This document shows, piece after piece, positions 1 to 8,644 of a DNA stretch of 64,000 bases. The stretch lies in IMG/VR virus record IMGVR_UViG_3300025889_000073, positions 64,001 to 128,000 of that record; one strand, given 5' to 3'. A program made the translations under genes and the position numbers. Numbering within the stretch: position 1 is the stretch's first letter; each line of letters opens with the position of its first letter. The notes under the pieces are model-generated. The model did not search any database. It was not told where the DNA came from and worked only from the letters and a program-made list of their open reading frames with translations. The DNA comes from a virus.

Positions 1-10
1 ATTTGTTGAA

Positions 11-505
11 ATGGTACCGGAGGTTGAACCGCCTACACCTCTCTTTGTTTTTAATCCTAAATTACAGGATTTTGATAAGAATGAGATGAAAGTCATACAA
101 TGTTTAGCTGGCAATATTTATTTCGAAGCAAGAAATGAACCTGTAGATGGCCAAATTGCTGTGGCTTTTGTTACATTAAACAGAGTCAATTCTAAAGATT
201 TTCCAAACGATGTTTGTTCCGTTGTCAAAGAGAAAAATGGCAGAACTTGTCAATTTTCTTGGTATTGTGAGAGTAAACCAAAAAGGCAATATTATAGAAT
301 GAAATTGACGGATGATAGAAATGAAGTTTATAATAGAATTGTTGAATTGTCTATGTTTATATTGGTAAATCATGAGAAATTGGATGACCCCACACATGGT
401 TCTCTATATTACCATGCAAATTACGTTAGACCAAATTGGAGACATCTACAAAAGAAAATTGTTATAGGCAGACACATATTTTATACAGAAAAAAATAATA
501 TTTGA
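11..505 (+). CDS. Cell wall hydrolase, SleB/Hydrolase_2 family (true start may lie upstream of the window)
   Basis: Motifs CLAGNIYFEARNEP..GQIAVAFVTLNRV, CQFSW, DPTHGSLYYHANYVRPNW and IGRHIFY are typical of phage SleB-like hydrolases. Confidence 0.9.
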   Translation: MVPEVEPPTPLFVFNPKLQDFDKNEMKVIQCLAGNIYFEARNEPVDGQIAVAFVTLNRVNSKDFPNDVCSVVKEKNGRTCQFSWYCESKPKRQYYRMKLTDDRNEVYNRIVELSMFILVNHEKLDDPTHGSLYYHANYVRPNWRHLQKKIVIGRHIFYTEKNNI

Positions 506-508
506 TGA

Positions 509-540
509 TTGCCACATTTTTATTTGAAATGTAGTATAAT
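509..540 (+). promoter_or_regulatory. Putative sigma70-type early promoter
   Basis: TTGCCA (509-514), 17-nt spacer, TAGTAT (532-537) overlapping TATAAT (535-540); lies in the intergenic gap before the SD AAGGA and ATG at 574. Confidence 0.5.
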
Positions 541-573
541 AAACTTACTTTGAAAATTTTAAAAGGAAACATT

Positions 574-1029
574 ATGTCTCGTTATACATTTATTTGTGAA
601 CATTTCAACTATGGTAATGGTGAGGAAACTGTTCAGTCTAAACACACCACAGAATTTCGTGCAGATGATTTGACTTCAATGTTGGAAAATTTTGAACTCT
701 TTCTCCGTGGCTCTGGTTTCACTCTCAATGGTTATTTGGATATCGAACCATTTCCAAAAAGCTTTCCAGATGATGAAGAAGATGGGTATATGGTCGATGA
801 AGGTGAATCTCAAGAATTGGAAGAAAATTCTGCTTGGAGTTGGACAGTAAATGAATTACAACTTGCCCAACAACTTGAAGATGAAAAACAAATGCAGTTA
901 AATTTGGAAGAAGAAAAGTTCTACCATGGAAAATGTGAAATTTGTAATTTGGACAAGCAGATGATGATGCGTTATGATTGTTTCGATTTGAATTGTCCAG
1001 TTCACGTTAAACAATTTGTTGCACAATAA
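574..1029 (+). CDS. Hypothetical acidic protein with C-terminal Cys cluster (possible Zn finger)
   Basis: SD AAGGA precedes ATG 574; N-terminal 'MLENFELFLRGSGF' segment; C-terminal CEIC...CFDLNC. Confidence 0.65.
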   Translation: MSRYTFICEHFNYGNGEETVQSKHTTEFRADDLTSMLENFELFLRGSGFTLNGYLDIEPFPKSFPDDEEDGYMVDEGESQELEENSAWSWTVNELQLAQQLEDEKQMQLNLEEEKFYHGKCEICNLDKQMMMRYDCFDLNCPVHVKQFVAQ

Positions 1030-1033
1030 ATGT

Positions 1034-1258
1034 ATGCCGACTAAGGAAGAAATGTTAAATTTTGCTAAAGCTATTGAAGCTTTAGTTGCAAATAACGATT
1101 TCAATTATATTGAAGCTATAGTTGAATATTGTAATGAGACTGGTTTGGAAATTGAAGTTGCTGCATCTTTGGTTAATCAAAATTTAAAAGCTAAACTACA
1201 AAATGATGCAGTAGAAAATAAAATGATAAAAGAAAAAGGTAACAAATTACCTATATGA
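1034..1258 (+). CDS. gp33: gp33-like late-transcription coactivator
   Basis: YIEAIVEYC..GLEIEVAASLVNQNLKAKL..DA motif, small size, directly upstream of gp59 as in T4-like phages. Confidence 0.8.
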   Translation: MPTKEEMLNFAKAIEALVANNDFNYIEAIVEYCNETGLEIEVAASLVNQNLKAKLQNDAVENKMIKEKGNKLPI

Positions 1259-1259
1259 T

Positions 1260-1856
1260 ATGACTGGTTATGAAGCGTTTGGAATTTATCAATCTTTAAA
1301 ATTACACTTTACTCAGGATTCTTACGATTATTTTAAATATAATGGTAAAACGAATGTGACTTTAAATTCTTTTGACAACAGAAAAGACAAATATTATTAT
1401 CACAAACTCTCCCGTAAATACCCAAACAAAGAAGATTTTTGTAACTTATTGGTTTCAAATTTATTGGAAAATGAGAACCTATGGGTTGCAGATTTATTAC
1501 AGGAAGAAGCTGAGATAATAAACAAAAAAAGGCAAAAGGTGATACAGTCTTTGTCTTATATTTTTGAAAATGACTGTAGGAGTCTTTTTGAAGGTGTTTC
1601 TACACCAAATGAGTTGATAAAAGTGAATGATGGAGATTATCCTATTTTATTACAAAAAACTTTGCGTAAAAATGTTGAGTTTGAAACTCTTTGCCTATTA
1701 GGCAATATTCTAGGTTTCTTGCCGATGTGGAAAAACAAAATTGCCGATACAATCAGATGGCCTGTTGTTTACCGAAAAATTGTTAAGTATGCCGCATTTT
1801 TACCTCAGGATACAGTAAAATATAGATTGATTTTAAGGAGAATTGTGAATGGCTAA
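1260..1856 (+). CDS. gp59: gp59 helicase loader
   Basis: N-terminal YQSLKLHFT..SYDYFKYNGK..F..RKDKYYY.KLSRKY motif; gp33-gp59-gp32 synteny. Confidence 0.9.
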   Translation: MTGYEAFGIYQSLKLHFTQDSYDYFKYNGKTNVTLNSFDNRKDKYYYHKLSRKYPNKEDFCNLLVSNLLENENLWVADLLQEEAEIINKKRQKVIQSLSYIFENDCRSLFEGVSTPNELIKVNDGDYPILLQKTLRKNVEFETLCLLGNILGFLPMWKNKIADTIRWPVVYRKIVKYAAFLPQDTVKYRLILRRIVNG

Positions 1857-2478
1857 TCATGTAACAACAAATGTAACTTTTCACGAAATCAATGATGCTG
1901 CTAAAGCTAAATTGGCAGAATTGTTTTCACGCCTGAGGCCTACCGAAAAAGATAGGCACTACCAATGGTTCGGTGACCTTTGGGTTGATGGTAAAGATGG
2001 TTCACCAACATACGAAGAAACTGAACAGTATGCTTGGACAGTCGATAACATTGGTCCTAAGTGGTGTTATGTTGAAGAAGTGGGAGATGATTATTTTAGA
2101 ACCGAATCGGCCTGGTCGTATCCTAGTGATGGTATCATGTGGTTATTGAATCAATTGGCAGAACTTGATCCGAATCTTATTGCTTCGGCAACATTTGAAG
2201 ACGAATGCCTAAACTTTTTTGGTTATGAAGTTTATGATGCCAATTCGGTTTATGAATACGAAGAATTACAATATGAAAATATTGTTGAATTGGTGAAACA
2301 AGAACATCCTGAATTGAATGAAATGTGGGATGAAGAAGAAGAAGATTTTACTGATGATGGCCGTGACCTTTTTTATGAAAGTGTTTACGAAATCGTTTAC
2401 AACAAATCTGATGAATTTATTACAAATGAAATTGAATACTTGAAAGAATATAGAAAAGAACTTGAAGATGAAAGTTAA
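1849..2478 (+). CDS. Hypothetical acidic protein (resembles DUF1281/YubB ferredoxin-like family)
   Basis: MANHVTTNV start, GPKW, FRTESAWSYP and ATFEDE motifs; strongly acidic. Confidence 0.55.
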   Translation: MANHVTTNVTFHEINDAAKAKLAELFSRLRPTEKDRHYQWFGDLWVDGKDGSPTYEETEQYAWTVDNIGPKWCYVEEVGDDYFRTESAWSYPSDGIMWLLNQLAELDPNLIASATFEDECLNFFGYEVYDANSVYEYEELQYENIVELVKQEHPELNEMWDEEEEDFTDDGRDLFYESVYEIVYNKSDEFITNEIEYLKEYRKELEDES

Positions 2479-2977
2479 AAAGATTTACTTAGATATGGAT
2501 GGTGTTCTGTCTGATTTTCATAAAAGATATGCTGAACTCTTTGGTGAAAATGCAGCTGGCGAGGACCGTCCAAACAAAAAATCTTCAGAAAACTGGAAAG
2601 AGTTTGTAAAATCTGGCCAGTTTGAAACGCTCGATTGGTTTCCTGGAGGGCAAGAACTTTTAACATATGTTTTTAGTCTAGGTCTACCTATCGAAATTTT
2701 ATCATCAACTGGAGGACCGAAGTACCATTCTGAAGTAAGAAAACAGAAAATTTCTTGGTTACTAGATAAGGATATTTTATTACTTGAGCAGGAAAAAATA
2801 GCATTGAATATTGTTCCTGGTCGCAGAGTGAAAAGATTTTATTCTTTTTCTGGTAATGTTTTGATTGATGATACTGAAGATGTGGTAGAAGAATTCAATC
2901 AATATGGTGGCACGGCAATCTTACATAGGAACGTCAACACTACCATAACCACTCTTGAATCTCTACTAAATAAATGA
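2468..2977 (+). CDS. HAD-superfamily 5'(3')-deoxyribonucleotidase-like phosphatase
   Basis: IYLDMDGVLSDF (HAD motif I), ILSS (II), K..WL, VLIDD (IV). Confidence 0.85.
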   Translation: MKVKKIYLDMDGVLSDFHKRYAELFGENAAGEDRPNKKSSENWKEFVKSGQFETLDWFPGGQELLTYVFSLGLPIEILSSTGGPKYHSEVRKQKISWLLDKDILLLEQEKIALNIVPGRRVKRFYSFSGNVLIDDTEDVVEEFNQYGGTAILHRNVNTTITTLESLLNK

Positions 2978-3004
2978 TATACTATGTTTTTGTGGACAAG
3001 AAAA

Positions 3005-3031
3005 TATACTCCGTTTATACTCCGTTTATAC
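3005..3031 (+). repeat. 11-bp tandem repeat TATACTCCGTT (about 2.5 copies) in the gp32 leader
   Basis: TATACTCCGTT at 3005-3015 and 3016-3026, then TATAC at 3027-3031, directly before SD AAAGGA and ATG 3045. Confidence 0.85.
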
Positions 3032-3044
3032 GAAAGGAAATACT

Positions 3045-3923
3045 ATGAGCAGTTTTGCTAATCTCAAACGCAATCGTTCTTCTTTGGACAAATTGACAAA
3101 GGCGATTGAATCAACAAATCAAACCACAGAATCTGGTTCGAAAGACGACAATAGATTCTGGCAACCACAAGTAGATAAATCTGGTAATGGCATGGCCGTT
3201 ATCCGTTTTCTTCCTGCTCCCGCAGCTGATGGTGATGAATCTCTCCCTTGGGTTCGTGTATTCTCTCACGGCTTTCAAGGACCCGGCGGTTGGTTCATTG
3301 ATAACTGTTTGACAACCCTCAATGAGAAGTGTCCTGTCTGTGAACACAATAATACTTTGTGGAATTCTGGCATCGATGCTAATAAAGATATCGCTCGTAA
3401 GCAGAAACGCAAGTTATCTTATGTAGCGAATATTCTGGTTGTTTCTGACCCAAGTAATCCTGAAAATGAAGGTCAAGTCAAACTGTATAAGTTTGGTAAG
3501 AAAATCTTTGATAAGATTACTGAAGCGATGAATCCAGAATTTGCTGATGAAACACCTGTTAACCCATTTGATATGTGGGAAGGTGCTAACTTCAAGTTGA
3601 AGATTCGTAATGTTGAAGGTTATCGTAATTATGACAAATCAGAGTTTGCTGGTCAATCTGCACTCTTTGATGGTGATGATGAGAAACTGGAAGAGTTGTG
3701 GAAATCAGAATTCTCTCTAAAGGAATTTACTGAGAAGAAAAACTTTAAGGCTTATGACAAACTTAAAGAGCGTTTGGATAAAGTTTTGGGTTTTGAAGGT
3801 ACTGCAGCACCTAAAGCCAGGAATGTTGAAGAATCCTTTGATGATGACACTCCACCGTTTGACACTTCTAATAATGCTGAAGAAGATGATTTAGATTATT
3901 TTAAATCATTAGCTGAAGAATAA
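3045..3923 (+). CDS. gp32: gp32 single-stranded DNA-binding protein
   Basis: DNRFWQP..DKSGNGMAVIRFLP, HGFQGPGGWFIDNCLTT..CPVC Zn site, GKKIFDKI, GANFKLKIR, acidic C-terminal tail. Confidence 0.97.
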   Translation: MSSFANLKRNRSSLDKLTKAIESTNQTTESGSKDDNRFWQPQVDKSGNGMAVIRFLPAPAADGDESLPWVRVFSHGFQGPGGWFIDNCLTTLNEKCPVCEHNNTLWNSGIDANKDIARKQKRKLSYVANILVVSDPSNPENEGQVKLYKFGKKIFDKITEAMNPEFADETPVNPFDMWEGANFKLKIRNVEGYRNYDKSEFAGQSALFDGDDEKLEELWKSEFSLKEFTEKKNFKAYDKLKERLDKVLGFEGTAAPKARNVEESFDDDTPPFDTSNNAEEDDLDYFKSLAEE

Positions 3924-3944
3924 AAATACCGTGTGAAGGTAGGC

Positions 3945-3978
3945 AAAGGAGGCAAAGTCAATAAGTCCTCCTTTTTTT
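3945..3978 (+). terminator. Rho-independent terminator between convergent genes
   Basis: AAAGGAGG (3945-3952) and CCTCCTTT (3967-3974) form an inverted repeat followed by a T-run, just after the gp32 stop. Confidence 0.7.
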
Positions 3979-5788
3979 ATGACAATCTTTTATAGTATGC
4001 CGAACCCAAATCTTTTTTACTATCCCTTTTAATTGTTTTGTTCATTGCAACAACAGTTGTTTGCGGTGCATTTACAATAATTGGTGTTTGTGGCTTCATT
4101 TGTTGGCGCTGGCCAGAAGCAATTGAAGATGAAGCTGAAGCTACTGTTGAACCGCTGGCAGCCGTGCTTGTTCCGGTTATTTGTGGGTCATTTAAATAGG
4201 CTTCAAAATGTTCTTGTCTATCTTTTAAACCGATATAACCGCCATTGACGAATTTTGTCAATTTTTTAATATTACCCCAATCACCTTTGTAACCAGCCAT
4301 ATATTTTAAAGCACTTTCGGCCGCACCGGCCGGTTTTGTTAATTGGTCTGGGTCATTAACATAACCAAATCTGGTATAATTATTTTTGCCTGTAAGCTGT
4401 ATAAAGCCTCGGCCACGAAAATTCCATCCATCGCCGCCGCCTTCTGGTGCATTACCCATTCGGCCACCGTATATCCTCTCTGCAATACTTTTTGGTCCGC
4501 CTGCAGCGACTTTCTTTACATCATCTTGGCCAGAAAACTTTTTACCAAATAGTTTCATCAAAGTTGTTGGCCGATAATTTAAATTTTCACTTAGTGTGGT
4601 AAAACCTCCGGATTCGTGGCCAACTTGAGCCATGATTGCTGCTCTTTGTGTTGGATCCGTAATTTTTGCATTATCCATGGCTGCAATCATAGCTTGTTTA
4701 CCAGTTGAAGCACTTATTCTAACAGTTTTGGTACTTGATGTCGATTCTGGTTTCTTTTTTGTCGTAGGTGCTGGTGTGGTAGGAGCAGTTGCAGGTGCTG
4801 CAGCGGCTGGTGCAGGTTCTGGTGAAGTTGATTTTAACCTTAGTCCCCTGGTGCGGTGTGCCTTTCTACTTGCGGCCGCAGCTTTTGCTCTACCGGGGTC
4901 GGCAGGTGGTGTTGGTGGCGGTGCAGGTTTTGGTGCTGGTGCAGGAGGTGCCGGTGGTTCATATTCATCCATACCATACCCAAACTCTGAAGTTGCTGCA
5001 GCTGCTTGTTCACGTTTTACTTTATCTTCCGGTTTCTCTTTGATGAATGTGTTTTTAAATTTATCCCATTTTTCTTTTACTGAGTTCACCACACCCATAA
5101 ATTTATCCCAAATACCTTTTACATAACCAATTGCAACATCCGCAGCACCTTTTATTTTTTCAACAAAACCTTCAAACCAACTACCTATTTGGCCAAAAGC
5201 ATTTTTTACGGGTTCAACAATCCAATCATTAATAAAAGTTGATACTTTTTCCTTTATTGATTTTCCCAAATCTGTAAACCATGTTTTGATTTCTTGTACC
5301 CACTCATCAAATTTTGTTTTTATTGTTTCCCATAAATTTGAAGCCCATTCTTTAAAAGATTCGACTAAATCATCCCACAATAGTTGAAAATCTTCAGTTA
5401 ACGCTGCAATTGAAAAAACAGAAGCTAGAGCAATTAAAATATTTTCTAGCGAAAACATTTTTTTAATTTTTTGCCAAATACTCTCTTTCTTTTTGGTCTG
5501 AACAATTGGTGTAGGCGAAACATCCCCTTCTATTTTTTCCCTTTGTGCTTCTAGTGCAGCTTCACGTTCAGAAGCTTTTAAAAAAAATCTGTCTGCGCCT
5601 TGCCTTGGTTTTCCACCTTCAAGTTTAACCAGTTTTTGAGCCGCTTGTCGTGCAACATTTAAATCTCTTGCTACGTTTGGTAATACCAAGAAATTCTTAG
5701 AAATGATATTTAAAAATACTGATGCTTTATCAGATTTTACTGGTGATGATAGAGATGAGGATTTTTTACCTAAAATTTTATCTAACAT
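3977..5788 (-). CDS. Tape-measure/baseplate-hub-like protein with C-terminal GH19 (chitinase/lysozyme-fold) muramidase
   Basis: Amphipathic Trp/Phe-periodic helical region, Pro/Ala linker, then AAIMAQVGHESGGF..ENLNY..YGGRMGN..DGWNFRGRGFIQLTGKNNY..VNGG..GL.DR (GH19). Confidence 0.85.
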   Translation of the reverse strand: MLDKILGKKSSSLSSPVKSDKASVFLNIISKNFLVLPNVARDLNVARQAAQKLVKLEGGKPRQGADRFFLKASEREAALEAQREKIEGDVSPTPIVQTKKKESIWQKIKKMFSLENILIALASVFSIAALTEDFQLLWDDLVESFKEWASNLWETIKTKFDEWVQEIKTWFTDLGKSIKEKVSTFINDWIVEPVKNAFGQIGSWFEGFVEKIKGAADVAIGYVKGIWDKFMGVVNSVKEKWDKFKNTFIKEKPEDKVKREQAAAATSEFGYGMDEYEPPAPPAPAPKPAPPPTPPADPGRAKAAAASRKAHRTRGLRLKSTSPEPAPAAAAPATAPTTPAPTTKKKPESTSSTKTVRISASTGKQAMIAAMDNAKITDPTQRAAIMAQVGHESGGFTTLSENLNYRPTTLMKLFGKKFSGQDDVKKVAAGGPKSIAERIYGGRMGNAPEGGGDGWNFRGRGFIQLTGKNNYTRFGYVNDPDQLTKPAGAAESALKYMAGYKGDWGNIKKLTKFVNGGYIGLKDRQEHFEAYLNDPQITGTSTAASGSTVASASSSIASGQRQQMKPQTPIIVNAPQTTVVAMNKTIKRDSKKDLGSAYYKRLS

Positions 5789-5791
5789 TTT

Positions 5792-7702
5792 TTAATCCAT
5801 GTGTTGTAACAAATCTTCATCATGTGTGTCACCAATTTCATCATCATCATCTTGATTACTGGAACTCTTATTGGTTTTTTCAGCATTTATCATACTTCCT
5901 GAATCTGCTGCACTTTCCATTCTTTGTGATTCAGAAACACTTGATGATTCGGAAGAAATGCCAGCACCAGATGGAGAACCAGCTGATGAGCCAGAAGGTG
6001 TTATTGTTCCTCCTCCACTAGATGAGGTTTGTATAGATGTTCCTTCAGACACTCTTTTTGATAGACTCTTAACTTCTTCTGTTTGTTTGTCTTTCAACGC
6101 TTTTAGTTCTGGAATAGTTTCCCAATCATTCATTTTGACTCGGCCAATAATTTTACCTTCATCGTATAACTTATTAACTAAAGCTCTTCTTTCTTGGGCT
6201 TGTTTGTCTTCCATTTGTTGGAGCTGTTTTGAAGCTTCTTTTGCATCTGCTGATAAAACTCTTGTGGTGGTTTTAGAACCTCCACCAGTAGTTGTTGTGG
6301 ATGATGTGGATGATGTTTTGAAAGTCGAACCAGAAACTTTTGTTGGTTTCGTCATTACTTTTTCCAAATCATTATCGTCATCATCATCTTCTTTTTTCTG
6401 TCTCTTTAAAGCTGCTTCAACACCTGGTGCCATTTTTAATTTGGCCACAGTTGCTTTTTGATTTTTAATTAATGATTCCCATTTTTCATTTATAGCTCTC
6501 AATTCTGGAGGATATTCTGGGTCACTTGGGTCTTCTACAAAACCATCTTTATATTTCATAACTAAACTTTTGGCCATTTCGCCACGTTCTTTTTGCCAGT
6601 CAGAATACATTCCTTGCAATTCTGCTTGTGCCATTTCTAATTTTTGTAAGTTGTTATCACCTTCCATTTCAGCTTTGACGCTGTTAGTTTTGGTTGGTTT
6701 TTTAGTTTTGAGTTCAGCTTGTGTTGCTTTTGTTGGACTTTTACCTTTTGGTGGTTCTGGTTTCTTTTTAATTTCTGGTGCTTTAGGTCTTTCCATTTTA
6801 GGAGCTGGTATATCCGCATCTTTGACACCGGTATCAGAACCGAACAAACTAACGAACCAAGACTTTATACCATTAAATACTGAACCTATTTTTTCTAAAA
6901 TGGGATTTAAAAATCCTGATACCGAGTCCCAAACCGATTTTAAAGTATCTTCACCTAATAGTCCAAAGGTTAAGAAACTCATCATACCACCTAAACCAGA
7001 AAAAATAGCTTCACTTAAACTGCCGGTTTCTTGATATTTTTTCCAACCGGCTGTTATACCTGTAAATAATGTTGCAATGATTGTTAGAGGTAAAAAGACT
7101 TTACTGAATATTTTACCCAGCATTTTTGGTTTAAATAAATTTCTTATAAAACCAAAAACTGTTGTTTTAAAATTTTTAAATAAACCAGTTATACTGAATC
7201 CACCGCCACTATCTTCTTCTGTTTTAGTTATTACGGTTGGATTTGTTGGTTTACCTTCTATCTTTTCTTTTTGAGCTTCTAATGCGGCTTCTCTTTCTCC
7301 AGCTTTCAAAAAGAATCTATCAGCTGCACCTCTAGCTTGGCCACCTTTTAGTTTAACTAATTGTTGTAAGTTTTGACGTAGAACATTCATGTCTCTGGCA
7401 ATGTTTGGCATTACCATAGAGTTTTTTGCTACAACAGTTAATAGTGTTACAGACTCTTTGGATGTTATTGTATCGGATTCATCTTGTTTTTTATCCGAAC
7501 TTTTTATGTCGCCTAAAGAACCTTTACCTCTTATTTTACCTCTAATAAAAGCTGAAAGTATATCTTGACCTGGAAAAAATGATTCTGCTGCTAAATTTCT
7601 TGCATTTTTTACATTAAAGGTTTTACCTAAAGCTGAAGTTGCAGCTCCACCAAAACTTTTTCCAGATTGGAGTTCAGACAAGTATTTGTTTACTAGGGCC
7701 AT
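5792..7702 (-). CDS. Tape-measure (gp29-like) protein, paralog of the downstream gene
   Basis: Located after gp26/gp51; hydrophobic and amphipathic helices, coiled coils; shares the ARDxNVxRQ..LVKLxGG..ADRFFLKAxEREAALEAQxEKIEG block with 3977-5788. Confidence 0.6.
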   Translation of the reverse strand: MALVNKYLSELQSGKSFGGAATSALGKTFNVKNARNLAAESFFPGQDILSAFIRGKIRGKGSLGDIKSSDKKQDESDTITSKESVTLLTVVAKNSMVMPNIARDMNVLRQNLQQLVKLKGGQARGAADRFFLKAGEREAALEAQKEKIEGKPTNPTVITKTEEDSGGGFSITGLFKNFKTTVFGFIRNLFKPKMLGKIFSKVFLPLTIIATLFTGITAGWKKYQETGSLSEAIFSGLGGMMSFLTFGLLGEDTLKSVWDSVSGFLNPILEKIGSVFNGIKSWFVSLFGSDTGVKDADIPAPKMERPKAPEIKKKPEPPKGKSPTKATQAELKTKKPTKTNSVKAEMEGDNNLQKLEMAQAELQGMYSDWQKERGEMAKSLVMKYKDGFVEDPSDPEYPPELRAINEKWESLIKNQKATVAKLKMAPGVEAALKRQKKEDDDDDNDLEKVMTKPTKVSGSTFKTSSTSSTTTTGGGSKTTTRVLSADAKEASKQLQQMEDKQAQERRALVNKLYDEGKIIGRVKMNDWETIPELKALKDKQTEEVKSLSKRVSEGTSIQTSSSGGGTITPSGSSAGSPSGAGISSESSSVSESQRMESAADSGSMINAEKTNKSSSNQDDDDEIGDTHDEDLLQHMD

Positions 7703-7705
7703 TTT

Positions 7706-7900
7706 TTATCTTCTACTTTGTTTTTGTAATTCTAGTCGTTCTTTTTCTTCTTTTAGATAATTAACTAAAAGACCTACATATATTGTTCTTTCCCACGGCA
7801 ACATACTTTCCAATTCTGTGAGACTATATTTGTGGTGTTGTATCAATGCAAAATTAGTCTCATAATAATTTTTTAATGAATCATGACGAAAAATTAGACG
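7706..7900 (-). CDS. gp51: gp51-like baseplate hub assembly protein, probably expressed by -1 frameshift from gp26 (absent from ORF track)
   Basis: Manual translation RLIFRHDSLKNYYETNFALIQHHKYSLTELESMLPWERTIYVGLLVNYLKEEKERLELQKQSRR*; characteristic NYY.TNF.L.QHHKYSL.ELE.M.PWER.IY motif; no ATG for the conserved 5' part. Confidence 0.85.
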   Translation of the reverse strand, partial: RLIFRHDSLKNYYETNFALIQHHKYSLTELESMLPWERTIYVGLLVNYLKEEKERLELQKQSRR

Positions 7901-8625
7901 AAAAAATTTTGTATACCCTTTATTTCCACACTTTCTTCATAAGAACACTTTGGACATTTGAAAGCAATATCCTTTTTAATTTCAGGCATTGATTGGAAGA
8001 AATCTTTAAATTTTTCAATATCTTTTTGTTGCAAGTTGTCAACAAATTCTTCAAGTTCTTTTGGGTCTGTATCTTTAGAACGATATATTTGTTCATCATC
8101 ATAAATGTAATCGATACAGTCAACCAAAATTTTCATAATAATTTCATTTTCTTCCATATTATCATATTTTTGCAACATATCGAATGTTGGATATTTAAAA
8201 CAAATTCCTAACTTTTCCGTCAGCTGAATTTTGTTCTTGTGATTTTCGTGTTTTGTTGGTTCTATTTCTAAAAGATTGACATCAAATTCAACAACACCGT
8301 TACAAGTTTTTTCTTCACCATCTTCATTGGGTACTTTATTGTTGCACTTGTATGATAGGTGTACAACTTCTTCGACAGACCTTGCTCTGAGATTTAAAAA
8401 TAAGTATTCTAAATCAAAAGTCGGTAAATTGTCTATATTGATATCATCAATCACACAATTTTTTAATACCTGTCTAACTATTGAAACCATTTCATTTGGG
8501 TCGTTTGATTCGGATGACATTAGAAATAATTTCTGTTCTTTAACCAAAAATGGCCGAAATCTAACAGGTTTTCCTGTTGAAATTAAATCGATTGAATAAA
8601 TTGGTATGTCTAATTTTGGTAACAT
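7894..8625 (-). CDS. gp26: gp26-like baseplate hub assembly chaperone
   Basis: MLPKLDIP..STGKPVRFRPFLVKEQK, FDLEYLFLNLRARSV, two Cys pairs, ends GIQNFF. Confidence 0.88.
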   Translation of the reverse strand: MLPKLDIPIYSIDLISTGKPVRFRPFLVKEQKLFLMSSESNDPNEMVSIVRQVLKNCVIDDINIDNLPTFDLEYLFLNLRARSVEEVVHLSYKCNNKVPNEDGEEKTCNGVVEFDVNLLEIEPTKHENHKNKIQLTEKLGICFKYPTFDMLQKYDNMEENEIIMKILVDCIDYIYDDEQIYRSKDTDPKELEEFVDNLQQKDIEKFKDFFQSMPEIKKDIAFKCPKCSYEESVEIKGIQNFFV

Positions 8626-8644
8626 AATAACCTCGCTTTTTTAA

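Noticed and set aside
4343-7274. Plus-strand ORFs (4632-5126, 5871-6461, 6570-7034 and others)
   Set aside because: Antisense shadows of the low-complexity tape-measure-like genes, with no SD or recognisable motifs.
7706-7900. gp51 as a pseudogene or sequencing indel
   Set aside because: gp26 ends at its expected 'NFF' terminus, the gp51 motif is intact, and the overlap is an exact slippery heptamer, so programmed frameshifting is more parsimonious. An indel error cannot be fully excluded without reads.
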